Assembly: GCA_021786315.1 (NCBI GenBank)
Contig: JAJYNN010000002.1
Span: 204,402-268,401 of the forward strand
Direction of reading: 5' to 3'
Length of the DNA: 64,000 nucleotides
Source of the DNA: a bacterium
GTDB lineage: Bacteria > Patescibacteriota > Microgenomatia > Daviesbacterales > UBA10151
Shown here piece by piece: positions 63,909-64,000 of the stretch; the first letter of the stretch is position 1; each line of letters begins with the position of its first letter. Position numbers and translations under genes: made by a program. Under the pieces are notes generated by a model that saw only the letters and a list, made by a program, of their open reading frames with translations, was not told the DNA's origin and made no database searches.

Positions 63909-64000
63909 ATTTTTAATTACCAATTTTTAATTTTCAATCAAATCTAAATGTTCCAATTTTTAAACATTAAGACATTGAAAATTCATTGGAAATTTAAAAT
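63907..64000. repeat. Family C heptad array
   Basis: aatttttaattaccaatttttaattttc...gaaaattcattggaaatttaaaat. Confidence 0.65.

Overview
A 64-kb chromosomal segment of a small-genome bacterium. By inference it is Patescibacteria/CPR, Microgenomates-like, based on giant GNVGIGTT-repeat and DUF2341 surface proteins, two mreB, cupin-type GPI, sortase, and pervasive leaderless genes. Housekeeping content: leuS, argS, comEA/comEC, ndk, mreB x2, mreC, mreD, secE-nusG-rplK-rplA, rplJ-rplL, rpmG, rpmB, tgt, fmt, def, pyrE/pyrF, two class A PBPs, glycosyltransferases/hydrolases and five tRNAs. The most striking unexplained signal is non-coding: (i) four copies of a ~230-nt highly structured element with covarying stems, each fused behind a 36-bp palindrome; (ii) about 15 copies of that palindrome plus other short repeat families, several inserted in frame inside protein genes; (iii) a CTAC-hairpin-GA motif sitting at duplicated gene termini (two tRNA 3' ends, the leuS 5' end, an ORF 3' end); (iv) two ORF-less promoter-to-terminator units (candidate sRNAs, one 6S-like); (v) a 3291-aa protein joining cytoplasmic MerR/BldC-type HTHs through one TM helix to a tail-fibre-like extracellular stalk. 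No transposase, integrase, reverse transcriptase or CRISPR is visible. All calls were made by eye without database searches.
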